Positions 1-9,798 of a stretch of DNA of 64,000 nucleotides are shown here, in pieces. Source of the DNA: Synechococcaceae bacterium WB9_2_112. GTDB lineage: Bacteria > Cyanobacteriota > Cyanobacteriia > PCC-6307 > Cyanobiaceae. Position 1 is the first letter of the stretch, and each line of letters opens with the position of its first letter. The translations under genes were made by a program, and so were the position numbers. The notes under the pieces were generated by a model. That model had not been told where the DNA came from and ran no database searches. It saw only the letters and a program-made list of their open reading frames with translations. The stretch is from NCBI GenBank assembly GCA_010027605.1, contig RGUW01000001.1:2136-66135 (forward strand), read 5' to 3'.

Positions 1-714
1 ATGGCTGTCGTCACCCTCGCCGAAATGATGGAGGCTGGCGCCCACTTCGGGCACCAGACTCGCCGCTGGAATCCCAAGATGTCGCGCTACATCTACTGCG
101 CGCGCAACGGGGTTCACATCATCGATCTTGTGCAGACCGCGGTCTGCATGAACAACGCCTACAAGTGGGTGCGCAGTGCCGCCCGCAGCGGTAAGCGCTT
201 CCTCTTCGTGGGCACCAAGAAACAGGCCTCCGAAGTGATCGCCCAGGAAGCGAGCCGCTGTGGCGCTGCCTATGTGAACCAGCGCTGGCTGGGCGGCATG
301 CTCACCAACTGGACGACCATGCGGGCCCGCATCGATCGTCTCAAGGACCTCGAGCGCATGGAGTCCTCCGGGGCCATCGCCATGCGACCCAAGAAGGAAG
401 CCGCCGTGCTGCGCCGTGAGCTGGAGCGCCTGCAGAAGTACCTGGGCGGTCTCAAGTCGATGCGCCGTCTTCCCGACGTGGTGATCCTGGTGGACCAGCG
501 TCGTGAGACCAACGCCGTGCTTGAAGCGCGCAAGCTCGATATCCCGTTGGTATCGATGCTCGACACCAACTGCGATCCTGACCTCTGCGATGTGCCCATT
601 CCCTGCAACGACGACGCCGTGCGTTCGGTGCAGCTGGTGCTCGGACGTCTTGCCGACGCCATCAATGAAGGCCGTCACGGCGCGTCCAACCAGGAGCCTG
701 ACGACGAGGGCTGA
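1..714 (+). CDS. rpsB: 30S ribosomal protein S2
   Basis: 237-aa ORF. The N-terminus [27 protein letters not shown] is typical of the S2 family. It is followed by tsf, as in the conserved rpsB-tsf pair. Confidence 0.95.
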   Translation: MAVVTLAEMMEAGAHFGHQTRRWNPKMSRYIYCARNGVHIIDLVQTAVCMNNAYKWVRSAARSGKRFLFVGTKKQASEVIAQEASRCGAAYVNQRWLGGMLTNWTTMRARIDRLKDLERMESSGAIAMRPKKEAAVLRRELERLQKYLGGLKSMRRLPDVVILVDQRRETNAVLEARKLDIPLVSMLDTNCDPDLCDVPIPCNDDAVRSVQLVLGRLADAINEGRHGASNQEPDDEG

Positions 715-812
715 GCCCTCCCCTCAGGCCCCCGTTCCCCTGCGTCATCGTTGTGGGGGACCAGCTGTTCAATCTGGTCTCCTGCTGCCTTCCCCCACCC
801 CCTACTTCAGTC

Positions 813-1469
813 ATGGCTGAGATTTCCGCCAAACTCGTCAAGGAACTGCGCGACAAGACCGGCGCAGGAATGATGGATTGCAAGAAAGCGCTTGCCGAGT
901 CCAACGGTGATTCCGACAAGGCCATCGAGTGGCTGCGTCAGAAAGGCATTGCCAGTGCCGAGAAGAAGTCGGGACGCACCGCCGCCGAAGGCGCGATCGG
1001 CAGCTACATCCACACCGGTGCCAGGGTTGGAGTGCTGGTCGAAGTGAATTGCGAAACCGACTTCGTGGCCCGTGGTGAGCAATTCCAGGAGTTGCTGCGC
1101 AACGTGGCCATGCAGATCGCGGCTTGCCCCAATGTGGAGTACGTCACGGTTGATCAGATTCCAGCTGAGGTGGCCGACAAGGAGAAGGCCATCGAGATGG
1201 GTCGCGACGATCTGGCCGGTAAGCCCGAAGCCATGAAGGTCAAGATCGTCGAAGGACGCATCGGCAAGCGCCTCAAGGAACTCTCCCTTCTGGATCAACC
1301 CTTCATCAAGGACAGCACCATGACCGTCTCCGAGATGGTCAAGCAGGTGGCAGGCAAACTGGGTGAAAACATCCAGGTGCGCCGCTTCACCCGCTACACC
1401 CTGGGTGAGGGCATCGAGATCGAGAAGGCTGATTTCGCAGCTGAAGTCGCTGCCATGCAGGCTGCCTGA
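813..1469 (+). CDS. tsf: translation elongation factor Ts
   Basis: [27 protein letters not shown] is an EF-Ts N-terminal UBA-like motif. ATG 813 was chosen inside ORF 753..1469. Confidence 0.93.
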   Translation: MAEISAKLVKELRDKTGAGMMDCKKALAESNGDSDKAIEWLRQKGIASAEKKSGRTAAEGAIGSYIHTGARVGVLVEVNCETDFVARGEQFQELLRNVAMQIAACPNVEYVTVDQIPAEVADKEKAIEMGRDDLAGKPEAMKVKIVEGRIGKRLKELSLLDQPFIKDSTMTVSEMVKQVAGKLGENIQVRRFTRYTLGEGIEIEKADFAAEVAAMQAA

Positions 1470-1474
1470 TCTCC

Positions 1475-2563
1475 TTGGAGCCGTCCTCGCCCGATCGCGA
1501 GACAGCTCAGCAGCTTGAGCAGTTGCGGGCCCGTGTCGCCGTGGGCAACCCGCAGCTCTACCGCCATTGGGCCCTGTATCTGCAGGTGCTGCGCGAAGGC
1601 CTGGGCCAGAGGGTGGACCAGGCCTGTTTTCGTCTGGCTGTGGAGGTCTACCCGCAGCGCTACAGGGCCATGACGGTGGAGAGTCGCCATGACCTGCACC
1701 GACGCCTGGCAGCTCTGGTGAGGCGCAGTTGCAGCCTGCTGACGGTCGAGCAATTGCTGGCCCTGGCGGCCCAGATCCGTCGTCGCCAGCAACGCCGTCT
1801 TGAGCGGCAGCGCCAGCAATGGCTCAACAGCCTGCAACAGCAGGCCCAGGGTTCTTCAACTGCTGAGGACCCCAGCGGTTCGGTCCACCTGGGCATGGCT
1901 CTGCCGATCAACACCTCCCTGTTTGGTCTGGGTGAGGCGGCGACGCGACACCCAGACGCTGGCCGTGACGTCAGCCATAACCACGTCGCTGAGCCATCCG
2001 ATGGGTTGATGGCGGCGATGGCTGCCCTTCTCGATGATGCAGCGAGTCAGCACGATGGCGCTGCACACCCGCCCTCAACGACTGGGCACGGCGGGCTGAT
2101 GCCCTTGCATCCGCTGGCGTTGCTGGGCTGGTTCGATGACCTCGATGCGGCACTGGCCCGTCGCCTTCGCAACCTCTCCCATGGGATCAATGTCGAACTG
2201 GTCAGGCTGGGACTGAGCCCCAGCCTGGTGCCGTTGCAGCTGCTGGAAGCGGCTGCGGCCGGCCAGCTTGAGGTCCAGAACGCCCCGACGAATCTGATCA
2301 AACTGACTCTGCCCCTGCCTGAGGACCTGGGCAGCCCCAGCGTCGAGACCCTGGCGGTCTGGCTGCGCCCCACCGATCTGGAGGTCGACCTGAGCCGTCT
2401 GCGAACATGCCGCAGCCGTCTGCAGCAGGCGCGCCAGGAGGTGCGCAGAATGGCTCAGACGTATCACCGCCTGGAGCGTCGTCTGCAGGCCCTCGAAGCC
2501 GAACAGCTGTGGCTGAACGATCACTCCACAGCCCATCACCACCCGAGCCAGCCGACGGGATAG
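1475..2563 (+). CDS. hypothetical protein (Arg/Gln/Leu-rich, coiled-coil-like)
   Basis: 362-aa ORF filling the gap between tsf and recG on the same strand. I recognise no family. The TTG start at 1475 is uncertain. Confidence 0.45.
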   Translation: MEPSSPDRETAQQLEQLRARVAVGNPQLYRHWALYLQVLREGLGQRVDQACFRLAVEVYPQRYRAMTVESRHDLHRRLAALVRRSCSLLTVEQLLALAAQIRRRQQRRLERQRQQWLNSLQQQAQGSSTAEDPSGSVHLGMALPINTSLFGLGEAATRHPDAGRDVSHNHVAEPSDGLMAAMAALLDDAASQHDGAAHPPSTTGHGGLMPLHPLALLGWFDDLDAALARRLRNLSHGINVELVRLGLSPSLVPLQLLEAAAAGQLEVQNAPTNLIKLTLPLPEDLGSPSVETLAVWLRPTDLEVDLSRLRTCRSRLQQARQEVRRMAQTYHRLERRLQALEAEQLWLNDHSTAHHHPSQPTG

Positions 2564-2583
2564 AGGCCAGCCTGCATGCCTGG

Positions 2584-5031
2584 ATGGTGCCGTTGCAGCA
2601 GGGCCTGCAGCTCGAGGCCGACCGTGGTTTCGCCAATCTCCAGGGGCGTCGCGACACGTTTGCTGCATTTCTGCAGCAGCAGCTGACCAAGGCCCCGCTC
2701 CCCCTCAACCCTGCAGAGCGGGACCGTCAGGGTGAATTGCTGGCAGGGTACAGCCGGTACGACAGCCTCTCGCTGGCACAGCGCCAGCGGCTCGTGCGTC
2801 TGAGCCGTGAGTGGCTGCTGGCCCTGCGGCAGCGCAGCAGGCCGCCACAACCGATCAGTCCACCCAGGCTCCGCACCGCAGGTCAACAACCCGCAGCGTC
2901 AGGTGCTGCCGCGGCCGGACTCTCTCTGGACACCCCGCTGGGCGAGGTCAAGGGCATCGGCTCCCGCACGGCCATGCGGCTTGCCCAACTCGGGCTGTTG
3001 CTGACCAAAGACCTGCTGCACTATTACCCGCGGGATTATGTCGACTACGCCAATCTGCGCCGCATCGTGCAGCTTGAGGCCGGGGAAACGGCCACGATCG
3101 TGGCCACCGTGCGGCGGTCGCACGCCTTTGTGAGTCCGCGCAATCCCAATCTCGGCATCCTCGAACTGCAGCTCCAGGACCACACCGGCCGCCTGAAGGT
3201 GAGTCGCTTCTACGCCGGCCGCCGCTTCAGCTCCCCCGCGTGGCTGGCCAGTCAACAACGGCTCTTCCCGGCCGGCAGCGTCGTGGCGGTGAGCGGCCTG
3301 GTCAAAACCACCCCCTATGGGCCTGGTTTTCAGGATCCCCTGATGGAGGTGCTCGAGCACCCCAACGCCCCGTTGCAATCGCAGAGCATCGGCCGATTGC
3401 TGCCGGTCTATGGCCTCACCGAAGGTCTCACCGCTGAACGGTTGCGCCAGGCTGTGGGCGCGGTGTTGCCGCTGATTGACGGTTGCGCAGACCCTCTGCC
3501 CGAGCCTGTGCGACAGGCCCGGGGGCTGATGCCCCGATGCCAGGCCCTGCGGCAGATCCACCAGCCGTCGGACCAGGAGCAGTTGGCAGCGGCGCGCCGC
3601 CGCCTGGTGTTTGATGAATTTCTGGTGCTGCAGCTGGGCCTGGCCCAGCGACGCCGTCAGTTGCGCAGCGCCCAGGCCCCGGTGCTGGTGGCTTCAGATC
3701 CGCAGAGATCGTTGCTGGCCAGGTTCCTGGCGTTGTTGCCCTTCGGGCTCACCAACGCCCAGGAGCGGGTGTTGGCCGAGATCCGGCGGGATCTGAGCCG
3801 CGCCGAGCCCATGGCCCGCCTGGTGCAGGGTGATGTCGGCAGCGGCAAGACGGTCGTGGCCCTGGCGGCTTTGCTGGCTGCGATTGAGGCGGGATGCCAG
3901 GGTGCGCTGATGGCGCCCACCGAAGTGCTGGCGCAGCAGCATTTCGCCAAGGTGGCCGACTGGTTGACCCAGCTTCACGTGAGTACCGCCCTGCTCACCG
4001 GCTCGACCCCGGCCCGCCGCAGGCGTCAGCTGCTCAAGGATCTGGGCAATGGGCAGTTGAAGTTGCTCGTCGGCACCCACGCCCTGCTCGAGGATCCCGT
4101 TGATTTCGCTCGTCTGGGGCTGGTGGTGGTCGATGAACAGCATCGCTTCGGCGTCAATCAGCGCAACCGCCTGCTCGCCAAGGGACTGCAGCCCCATCTG
4201 CTGACCATGACGGCGACACCGATCCCACGCACCCTGGCGCTGTCGCTGCATGGTGATCTGGATGTCAGCCAGATCGACGAGCTGCCCCCCGGTCGCCAAC
4301 CCGTTGTCACCAAGGTGTTGCGCAGCAGCGCCCGACAGGAGGCCTATGAGCTCATCCGGGCCGAAGTGGCCCGGGGCCAGCGGGCCTATGTGGTCCTGCC
4401 GCTCGTGCAGGAGTCTGAAAAGCTCGACCTGCGCTCGGCGGTCGAGGTTCACGGGCAACTCAGCACCGACGTGTTCCCCGACCTGGCCGTGGGGTTGCTG
4501 CACGGTCGCCTCAGCAGCGAGGCCAAGCAACAGGCCATCGCCGCCTTTGCCGAAGGACGCACCCAGGTTCTGGTGAGCACCACCGTGGTTGAGGTGGGTG
4601 TCGATGTTCCGGCTGCCACCGTCATGGTGATCGAACATGCCGAACGCTTCGGCCTGGCCCAACTGCACCAGTTGCGCGGGCGGGTCGGTCGCGGCGCGGA
4701 GCGCTCCACCTGTCTGTTGATCAACGACAGCAGCAATGTGCAGGCCAGGCAACGGCTGGAATTGCTCGAGCGCTCCTGTGATGGGTTCGAAATCGCCGAG
4801 ATGGATCTGCGCTTCCGCGGGCCTGGTCAGGTGCTCGGTACCCGTCAGTCGGGTCTTCCCGATCTGGCACTGGCCAGCCTCGCCAGCGACGGTGCCGTGC
4901 TCGAGCAGGCCCGTGAGGTGGCTCAGACGATCACCGCCAGTGACCCAGATCTCCGCCTGCATCCGCAGCTCGCCGCCATGCTGCTGGAACAACGACGGCG
5001 CCAGTGTGAGGCTGCCGTTCAACTCAATTGA
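2584..5031 (+). CDS. recG: ATP-dependent DNA helicase RecG
   Basis: Helicase motifs GDVGSGKT (Walker A) and VVDEQHRFG (motif II), with RecG-like overall length. ATG 2584 was chosen just after the upstream stop at 2563. The ORF itself extends to 2407. Confidence 0.9.
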   Translation: MVPLQQGLQLEADRGFANLQGRRDTFAAFLQQQLTKAPLPLNPAERDRQGELLAGYSRYDSLSLAQRQRLVRLSREWLLALRQRSRPPQPISPPRLRTAGQQPAASGAAAAGLSLDTPLGEVKGIGSRTAMRLAQLGLLLTKDLLHYYPRDYVDYANLRRIVQLEAGETATIVATVRRSHAFVSPRNPNLGILELQLQDHTGRLKVSRFYAGRRFSSPAWLASQQRLFPAGSVVAVSGLVKTTPYGPGFQDPLMEVLEHPNAPLQSQSIGRLLPVYGLTEGLTAERLRQAVGAVLPLIDGCADPLPEPVRQARGLMPRCQALRQIHQPSDQEQLAAARRRLVFDEFLVLQLGLAQRRRQLRSAQAPVLVASDPQRSLLARFLALLPFGLTNAQERVLAEIRRDLSRAEPMARLVQGDVGSGKTVVALAALLAAIEAGCQGALMAPTEVLAQQHFAKVADWLTQLHVSTALLTGSTPARRRRQLLKDLGNGQLKLLVGTHALLEDPVDFARLGLVVVDEQHRFGVNQRNRLLAKGLQPHLLTMTATPIPRTLALSLHGDLDVSQIDELPPGRQPVVTKVLRSSARQEAYELIRAEVARGQRAYVVLPLVQESEKLDLRSAVEVHGQLSTDVFPDLAVGLLHGRLSSEAKQQAIAAFAEGRTQVLVSTTVVEVGVDVPAATVMVIEHAERFGLAQLHQLRGRVGRGAERSTCLLINDSSNVQARQRLELLERSCDGFEIAEMDLRFRGPGQVLGTRQSGLPDLALASLASDGAVLEQAREVAQTITASDPDLRLHPQLAAMLLEQRRRQCEAAVQLN

Positions 5032-5041
5032 GCGACCCCCT

Positions 5042-5752
5042 GTGATAGCCCAGCGCCCCTGGCATCCGGTTCCGATCGTCGACAGCGATGAACCGCTGCT
5101 GCCCCTGCCAGCGGCCCTGCTGCGGCTCGAACCCCATCCCTACGTGGCCGTCGGCGCACCCTATGGCCCGGGTCAATGCCCCTTTCAGCTGCGCCAGGGT
5201 GTGGTGCAGCGTCTGCTGGAGGCGCAGGCCTGGCTGCAACAGCAACAGCCAACATGGCGCCTGGCGATCGTCGATGGTTGGCGACCGTTGGCGGTTCAAC
5301 GGCACATGGTGACCCATGCGATCGCTGAGCAGTGCCGGATCCAGGGTGTGGATCCAGCCGTTCCCTCGCCCCGGCTCGCTGCGATCCAGGCCGAAGTGGG
5401 CCGCTTCTGGGCCCCTCCCAGCGATGATCCGACCACACCACCGCCCCACAGCACCGGGGCGGCCGTGGACCTCACGATCGCCACAGGATCAGGCGCAGTG
5501 CTTGACATGGGCGGCGCCATTGACGCCATCGGAGCGGTGTCGGAACCCGACCACTACGCCCAGCGGGCTCTCGCAGCGCCCCAGGGGCCTGAGGCGCTGT
5601 GGCACAACAGGCGCCATCTGTTGCGGGCCTCCATGGCCTCGGCGGGGTTCTGCCAGCACCCCAACGAGTGGTGGCATTTCAGCTGGGGTGATCAACTCTG
5701 GGCCTGGCGCGGCGGGCACCCCCAGGCCTGCTACGGCCGTCTTGACCCATGA
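5042..5752 (+). CDS. D-alanyl-D-alanine dipeptidase (VanX/DdpX-like, peptidase M15)
   Basis: Zn-peptidase motifs HSTGAAVDL and NEWWHFSWGD. GTG 5042 is the first plausible start after the recG stop; the ORF extension 4736..5041 overlaps recG. Confidence 0.8.
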   Translation: MIAQRPWHPVPIVDSDEPLLPLPAALLRLEPHPYVAVGAPYGPGQCPFQLRQGVVQRLLEAQAWLQQQQPTWRLAIVDGWRPLAVQRHMVTHAIAEQCRIQGVDPAVPSPRLAAIQAEVGRFWAPPSDDPTTPPPHSTGAAVDLTIATGSGAVLDMGGAIDAIGAVSEPDHYAQRALAAPQGPEALWHNRRHLLRASMASAGFCQHPNEWWHFSWGDQLWAWRGGHPQACYGRLDP

Positions 5753-5767
5753 GGATCGACCTCGGGT

Positions 5768-7552
5768 TCAGGCGGCGGCTGTGAGCATCTGTTCGACGGC
5801 ATCGCGCCCTGTGGTCGCCACGAAGGCCCCGAGGCTGCGCCGCCCGCCTGCCTGATGCCAGGCCAGCAGCAGGGGCTCGAGGGTGCGTTCCAGCGCCTCC
5901 AAGGGCATCTTCTCGAGATAGGGCTCGGCCAGCCTGCTGAGGTTGGGCGTGCCGCCCAGCCACAGCTGGTACTGGTCAACGCCACTCCCCACCAGACCGA
6001 TCTCGGCCATGTAAGGGCGAGCGCAGCCGTTGGGACAGCCGGTCATGCGCACGAGCACGGGCTTGCTGATGCCCAGCCGCGTGAATTGTGCGTCAAGGCG
6101 ATCCAGCACAGACGGCAGGATCCGTTCGGCTTCGGTGACAGCAAGACCGCACAGGGGCAGCGCGGGGCAGGCGATGGCGTGCCGGGCCAGCAGCGGCGGT
6201 GCCTCAGGCGTGGCAAAACCGATGGCCTCGAGTTCGCGCACCAGGCTCGAACGCTGGGACGTGGCGATGTTGCACAGCAACAGATCCTGGTTCGGCGTGA
6301 GGCGGATCTCGAGCTGATAGGTCTCGACCAGATGCCTCAACCCCTGTTTCTGGGGCCCAGAGAGGCGACCGCAGAGCAGCGGCAGACCCACGAACCATTT
6401 GCCGGCTGCGATGCGGTGCCAGCCGAGGTAATCCTCAAGCCGACGGGTGGGTTCCTGCCGCAGAGCTTTGATCGGATGGGGGAAATACCGCTGCAACTCC
6501 TGTCTGAACCAGGCCATGCCCCGCTCATGGATGAGGTATTTCATGCGGGCATGGCGACGCTGTTCCCGATCGCCGTGGTCGCGTTGGAGAGCGACGATCG
6601 CCTGAACGAGTTCAAGCACATGCTCCTGGGCCACATAACCCAGGGGATCAGCCGTGCGGGCAAAGGTCTCGTCCTTGTTATGGGTGCGGCCCATACCACC
6701 GCCCACATACACATTGCAACCCTGGGGGCGGCCATTGGGATCGGCGAACTGCACCAGGCCGATGTCCTGGGTGAGCAGATCGACGGAGTTGTCTCCCGGC
6801 ACCGTGACGGCAACCTTGAACTTGCGGGGCAGGTAGGTGCTCCCGTACAGCGGTTCGCGTGAGTCACCCGAGGCCACTGCCCCTTCGCTCTGCAGGGTGC
6901 GCGCTTTCCTGACCGCGGCCTGGGGCTTGATTCGGTAGCGCAGATCGCCATCGACCCACAGATCGAGGTAGGCGCCTTCTGCCGCCTGGGGGCTGAGCAG
7001 GTCGGCGATTGCCTCCGCCAGCTCTCGGGCGGCGGGGTAAGCCCCTTTGACAAAGGGTGCAGCCGGCGCCATCACGTTGCGATTGATATCGCCGCAGGCC
7101 GCCAGGGTGGAGCCAAGGGACCGCACGATCGTGCCGATCACCTCCCTGAGGTTCTCCTTGCGAATGCCATGCAGCTGAAAGGCCTGCCGGGTGGTGGCCC
7201 GCAGGGTTCCGTTGCCGAAGCGGTCAGCCAGCTCATCGAGGGCGAGAAACAGCGCTGCCGGGATCCGGCCCCCGGGGCTGCGCAGGCGCAGCATCATCTG
7301 CCAGTCCTTGTCCTTGCCCTTCTGCCGGTGATCGCGGTTGTCCTGCTGATAACTGCCGTGAAACTTGAGAATCTGAACAGCCCCCTCTGTGAAGTTGGGC
7401 AGTGAGTTGGCCAGTTCGGTGACCAACGGTTCGCGCAGATGGTCACTGTTGGCCTTGAGCTGTTCAAACTTGGTGGCAGGGGCACCACTGGCAAGGCTGG
7501 GCAGCGGGCCTGAGTCAGTGGTGAAAGGTCCTGCGGTCACAGAGGCAGTCAC
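5768..7552 (-). CDS. sir: sulfite reductase (ferredoxin-dependent)
   Basis: ILKFHGSYQQDNRDHR, MMLRLRSPGGRIP and the C-terminal siroheme/4Fe-4S Cys cluster (CPALPLCGL, TGCPNGCARP). GTG 7552 was chosen to avoid overlapping divergent glyS. The ORF extends to 7855 and an in-frame ATG lies at 7645. Confidence 0.88.
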   Translation of the reverse strand: MTASVTAGPFTTDSGPLPSLASGAPATKFEQLKANSDHLREPLVTELANSLPNFTEGAVQILKFHGSYQQDNRDHRQKGKDKDWQMMLRLRSPGGRIPAALFLALDELADRFGNGTLRATTRQAFQLHGIRKENLREVIGTIVRSLGSTLAACGDINRNVMAPAAPFVKGAYPAARELAEAIADLLSPQAAEGAYLDLWVDGDLRYRIKPQAAVRKARTLQSEGAVASGDSREPLYGSTYLPRKFKVAVTVPGDNSVDLLTQDIGLVQFADPNGRPQGCNVYVGGGMGRTHNKDETFARTADPLGYVAQEHVLELVQAIVALQRDHGDREQRRHARMKYLIHERGMAWFRQELQRYFPHPIKALRQEPTRRLEDYLGWHRIAAGKWFVGLPLLCGRLSGPQKQGLRHLVETYQLEIRLTPNQDLLLCNIATSQRSSLVRELEAIGFATPEAPPLLARHAIACPALPLCGLAVTEAERILPSVLDRLDAQFTRLGISKPVLVRMTGCPNGCARPYMAEIGLVGSGVDQYQLWLGGTPNLSRLAEPYLEKMPLEALERTLEPLLLAWHQAGGRRSLGAFVATTGRDAVEQMLTAAA

Positions 7553-7608
7553 AGCTTTTCGTCTGTCGACCGTAGCGAACAGCCCTGCCGTGCAGGAGTA
7601 TTCATACA

Positions 7609-9798
7609 GTGGGCGGCTACCGATCGCGCCTTCCGTTGTCGACATTTCTGCTGGAACTCGGGACCGAGGAGCTGCCTGCTGATTTCGTGCGCCTGGCCCT
7701 TCCCCAGCTCGAAGGCCTGGTGCGCCGTGATCTCGCTGAAGCACGCCTGAGCCATGGTGCGGTGGCGTGCTGCGGCACCCCCAGGCGGCTTGCCGTGCTG
7801 GTGCATGACCTGGCTGCGGCAGCTCCGGATCTGCACGACGAGCGCAAAGGACCACCCGCCGCCCAGGCGTTCAGAGATGGTCAGCCGACTGAGGCTGCGA
7901 TCGGCTTTGCCAGGCGTTGCGGGGTGGATCCCGCCAGCCTCGAAGTGCGCGAAACCGCCAAGGGTCCGTTTGCCTTTGCCACTGTGGTTGAACCGGGGCG
8001 CACGGCCCACGACATCGTCAGCGGCGCCATCCCCGGCTGGATCAACAGCCTGCAGGGACGTCGCTTCATGCGCTGGGGCAGCGGCGAGACGCGATTTTCA
8101 AGGCCCCTGCGCTGGTTGGTCGCACTGCTGGACTCGACAGTGCTGCCGGTGACCCTTGACGCTGCTGATCCACCCGTGGTGGCGGGCAACCGCAGCCGCG
8201 GTCATCGCCTCCATGGCGACGTCACGATCAGCGATGCAGCCTCCTACGCGCGCCTGCTGTCCGAGGTCGGGGTTGAGGTGGATCGGAGCCGGCGTGCAGC
8301 GGTCATCCAGCAGTCGATCGCTGAGGCCTCGGTGCGACTGCAGGCCGATCCCGATCTGCCACCTGAGCTCTTTGAGGAGCTCACCGATCTGGTCGAGGCC
8401 CCGCTGTTGATCGAAGGCTCGATCACCGAGCAGTCCCTCGACCTCCCGGCCGAGGTGCTCAGCACGGTGATGCGTGCACACCAGCGTTATGTCCCGCTGT
8501 ATCGACGTGGGGCGAGGGCTGATTCTCTGGCGCTCGATGCCCGTGACAGCCTGATTCCCCGCTTTCTGTGTGTCGCCAACGGTCTGGCGAACGCAGCTGA
8601 GACCGTCTGCCGTGGCAATGAACGGGTGCTCAAGGCGCGCCTGGCCGATGCGGCGTTCTTTCTCAGGGCCGATCAGGCCATGGCCAGCATCGATCGCCGG
8701 GATCAACTCGATCGTGTGACCTTTGCCGAGGGGCTCGGATCCCTGCGCGACCGGGTCGAGCGGCTCGAATGGTGCACCGATGTGTTGCTGGAGCAGCTGA
8801 ATCTGCCCGCTGCCAGCGCTGACCACGCCCGCCGTGCGGCCCACCTGTGCAAGCACGATCTGGTCAGCCAGATGGTGGGCGAATTCCCTGAATTGCAGGG
8901 GGTCATCGGCGGCAAATACCTGTTGGCCGAGGGGGAACCGCGCGAAGTGGCCCTGGCCGTGCAGGAGCACTACCTGCCCAGGGGAGCAGGAGACGCGCTT
9001 CCCTGCAGTGCAGCCGGTGCCGTGGTGGCTCTGGCTGAACGGCTCGAGCTGCTGCTGAGCATCTTTGCCAAAGGTCAACGGCCCAGCGGCTCCTCGGACC
9101 CCTATGCCCTGCGTCGCGCTGGCAATGGCCTGTTGCAGATCCTCTGGCACCACGGCTGGCGCCTTGACCTGATGGCGCTGTTGCAGCGGGCGACCGCCCA
9201 TTGGGCCGTGTTGCTGCCGCACTGCGCCGTTGAGGCCACGGCTTTGGCCTCGGAGCTGGGAGAGTTTGTGCGGCAGCGCATCAGCAGCCTGTTGGAAGAG
9301 GATGGGCTTGATCCCGATCTGGTCCAGGCCATCGCCGGTGAAGGGATTCCCCTCGCTCGGTTGATCAGCGATCCCGCCGATGCCCGGATCCGGGCCAACC
9401 TGTTGGCCCGGTTGCGCGGATGTGGCGAACTCGCCTCGGTTCAGGCCGTGGTGACCCGCGCCGCTCGACTCGCCGAAAAGGGCGACCTGGCACCCAGTGT
9501 GCTCTCGCCCGAGGGGGTGGTCGATCCGACCCTGTTTGAACAGCCCAGTGAGGCCGCCATGCTGGCCGTGCTCAGGGGGCTGGAGCCGATCGCCACAGGC
9601 AGCGATGACGATCGCTATGAACGGCTCGCCCAGGGGCTGAGCGATGGTGCTTCAGCGCTGGCCGCCTTCTTTGATGGTGACCAGAGCGTGATGGTGATGG
9701 CCGACGATGCGGCCGTCCGCCGCAATCGGCTGACCCTGTTGGGTGTACTGCGCAATCAGGCAGCCGTGCTGGCCGACTTCAGCCGCATCAGCGGCTGA
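7609..9798 (+). CDS. glyS: glycine--tRNA ligase beta subunit
   Basis: 729-aa ORF. FLLELGTEELPADF is the typical GlyS N-terminus. The start is GTG 7609 or TTG 7636. Confidence 0.92.
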   Translation: MGGYRSRLPLSTFLLELGTEELPADFVRLALPQLEGLVRRDLAEARLSHGAVACCGTPRRLAVLVHDLAAAAPDLHDERKGPPAAQAFRDGQPTEAAIGFARRCGVDPASLEVRETAKGPFAFATVVEPGRTAHDIVSGAIPGWINSLQGRRFMRWGSGETRFSRPLRWLVALLDSTVLPVTLDAADPPVVAGNRSRGHRLHGDVTISDAASYARLLSEVGVEVDRSRRAAVIQQSIAEASVRLQADPDLPPELFEELTDLVEAPLLIEGSITEQSLDLPAEVLSTVMRAHQRYVPLYRRGARADSLALDARDSLIPRFLCVANGLANAAETVCRGNERVLKARLADAAFFLRADQAMASIDRRDQLDRVTFAEGLGSLRDRVERLEWCTDVLLEQLNLPAASADHARRAAHLCKHDLVSQMVGEFPELQGVIGGKYLLAEGEPREVALAVQEHYLPRGAGDALPCSAAGAVVALAERLELLLSIFAKGQRPSGSSDPYALRRAGNGLLQILWHHGWRLDLMALLQRATAHWAVLLPHCAVEATALASELGEFVRQRISSLLEEDGLDPDLVQAIAGEGIPLARLISDPADARIRANLLARLRGCGELASVQAVVTRAARLAEKGDLAPSVLSPEGVVDPTLFEQPSEAAMLAVLRGLEPIATGSDDDRYERLAQGLSDGASALAAFFDGDQSVMVMADDAAVRRNRLTLLGVLRNQAAVLADFSRISG

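Noticed and set aside
3694-5022. 442-aa minus-strand ORF
   Set aside because: It is fully antisense to recG. Its composition is Gly/Ala/Arg/His/Gln-rich with no recognisable motifs, which is typical of a shadow ORF in high-GC DNA.
7553-7855. Upstream extension of the sulfite reductase ORF, including ATG 7645
   Set aside because: It would overlap the divergent glyS coding start by 37-247 nt, and the extension is Arg/Pro/Gly-rich. A GTG at 7552 gives a normal-length protein. ATG 7645 cannot be fully excluded.
8098-9222. 374-aa minus-strand ORF
   Set aside because: It is antisense to glyS, which has clear family motifs. The sequence is a low-complexity shadow ORF.
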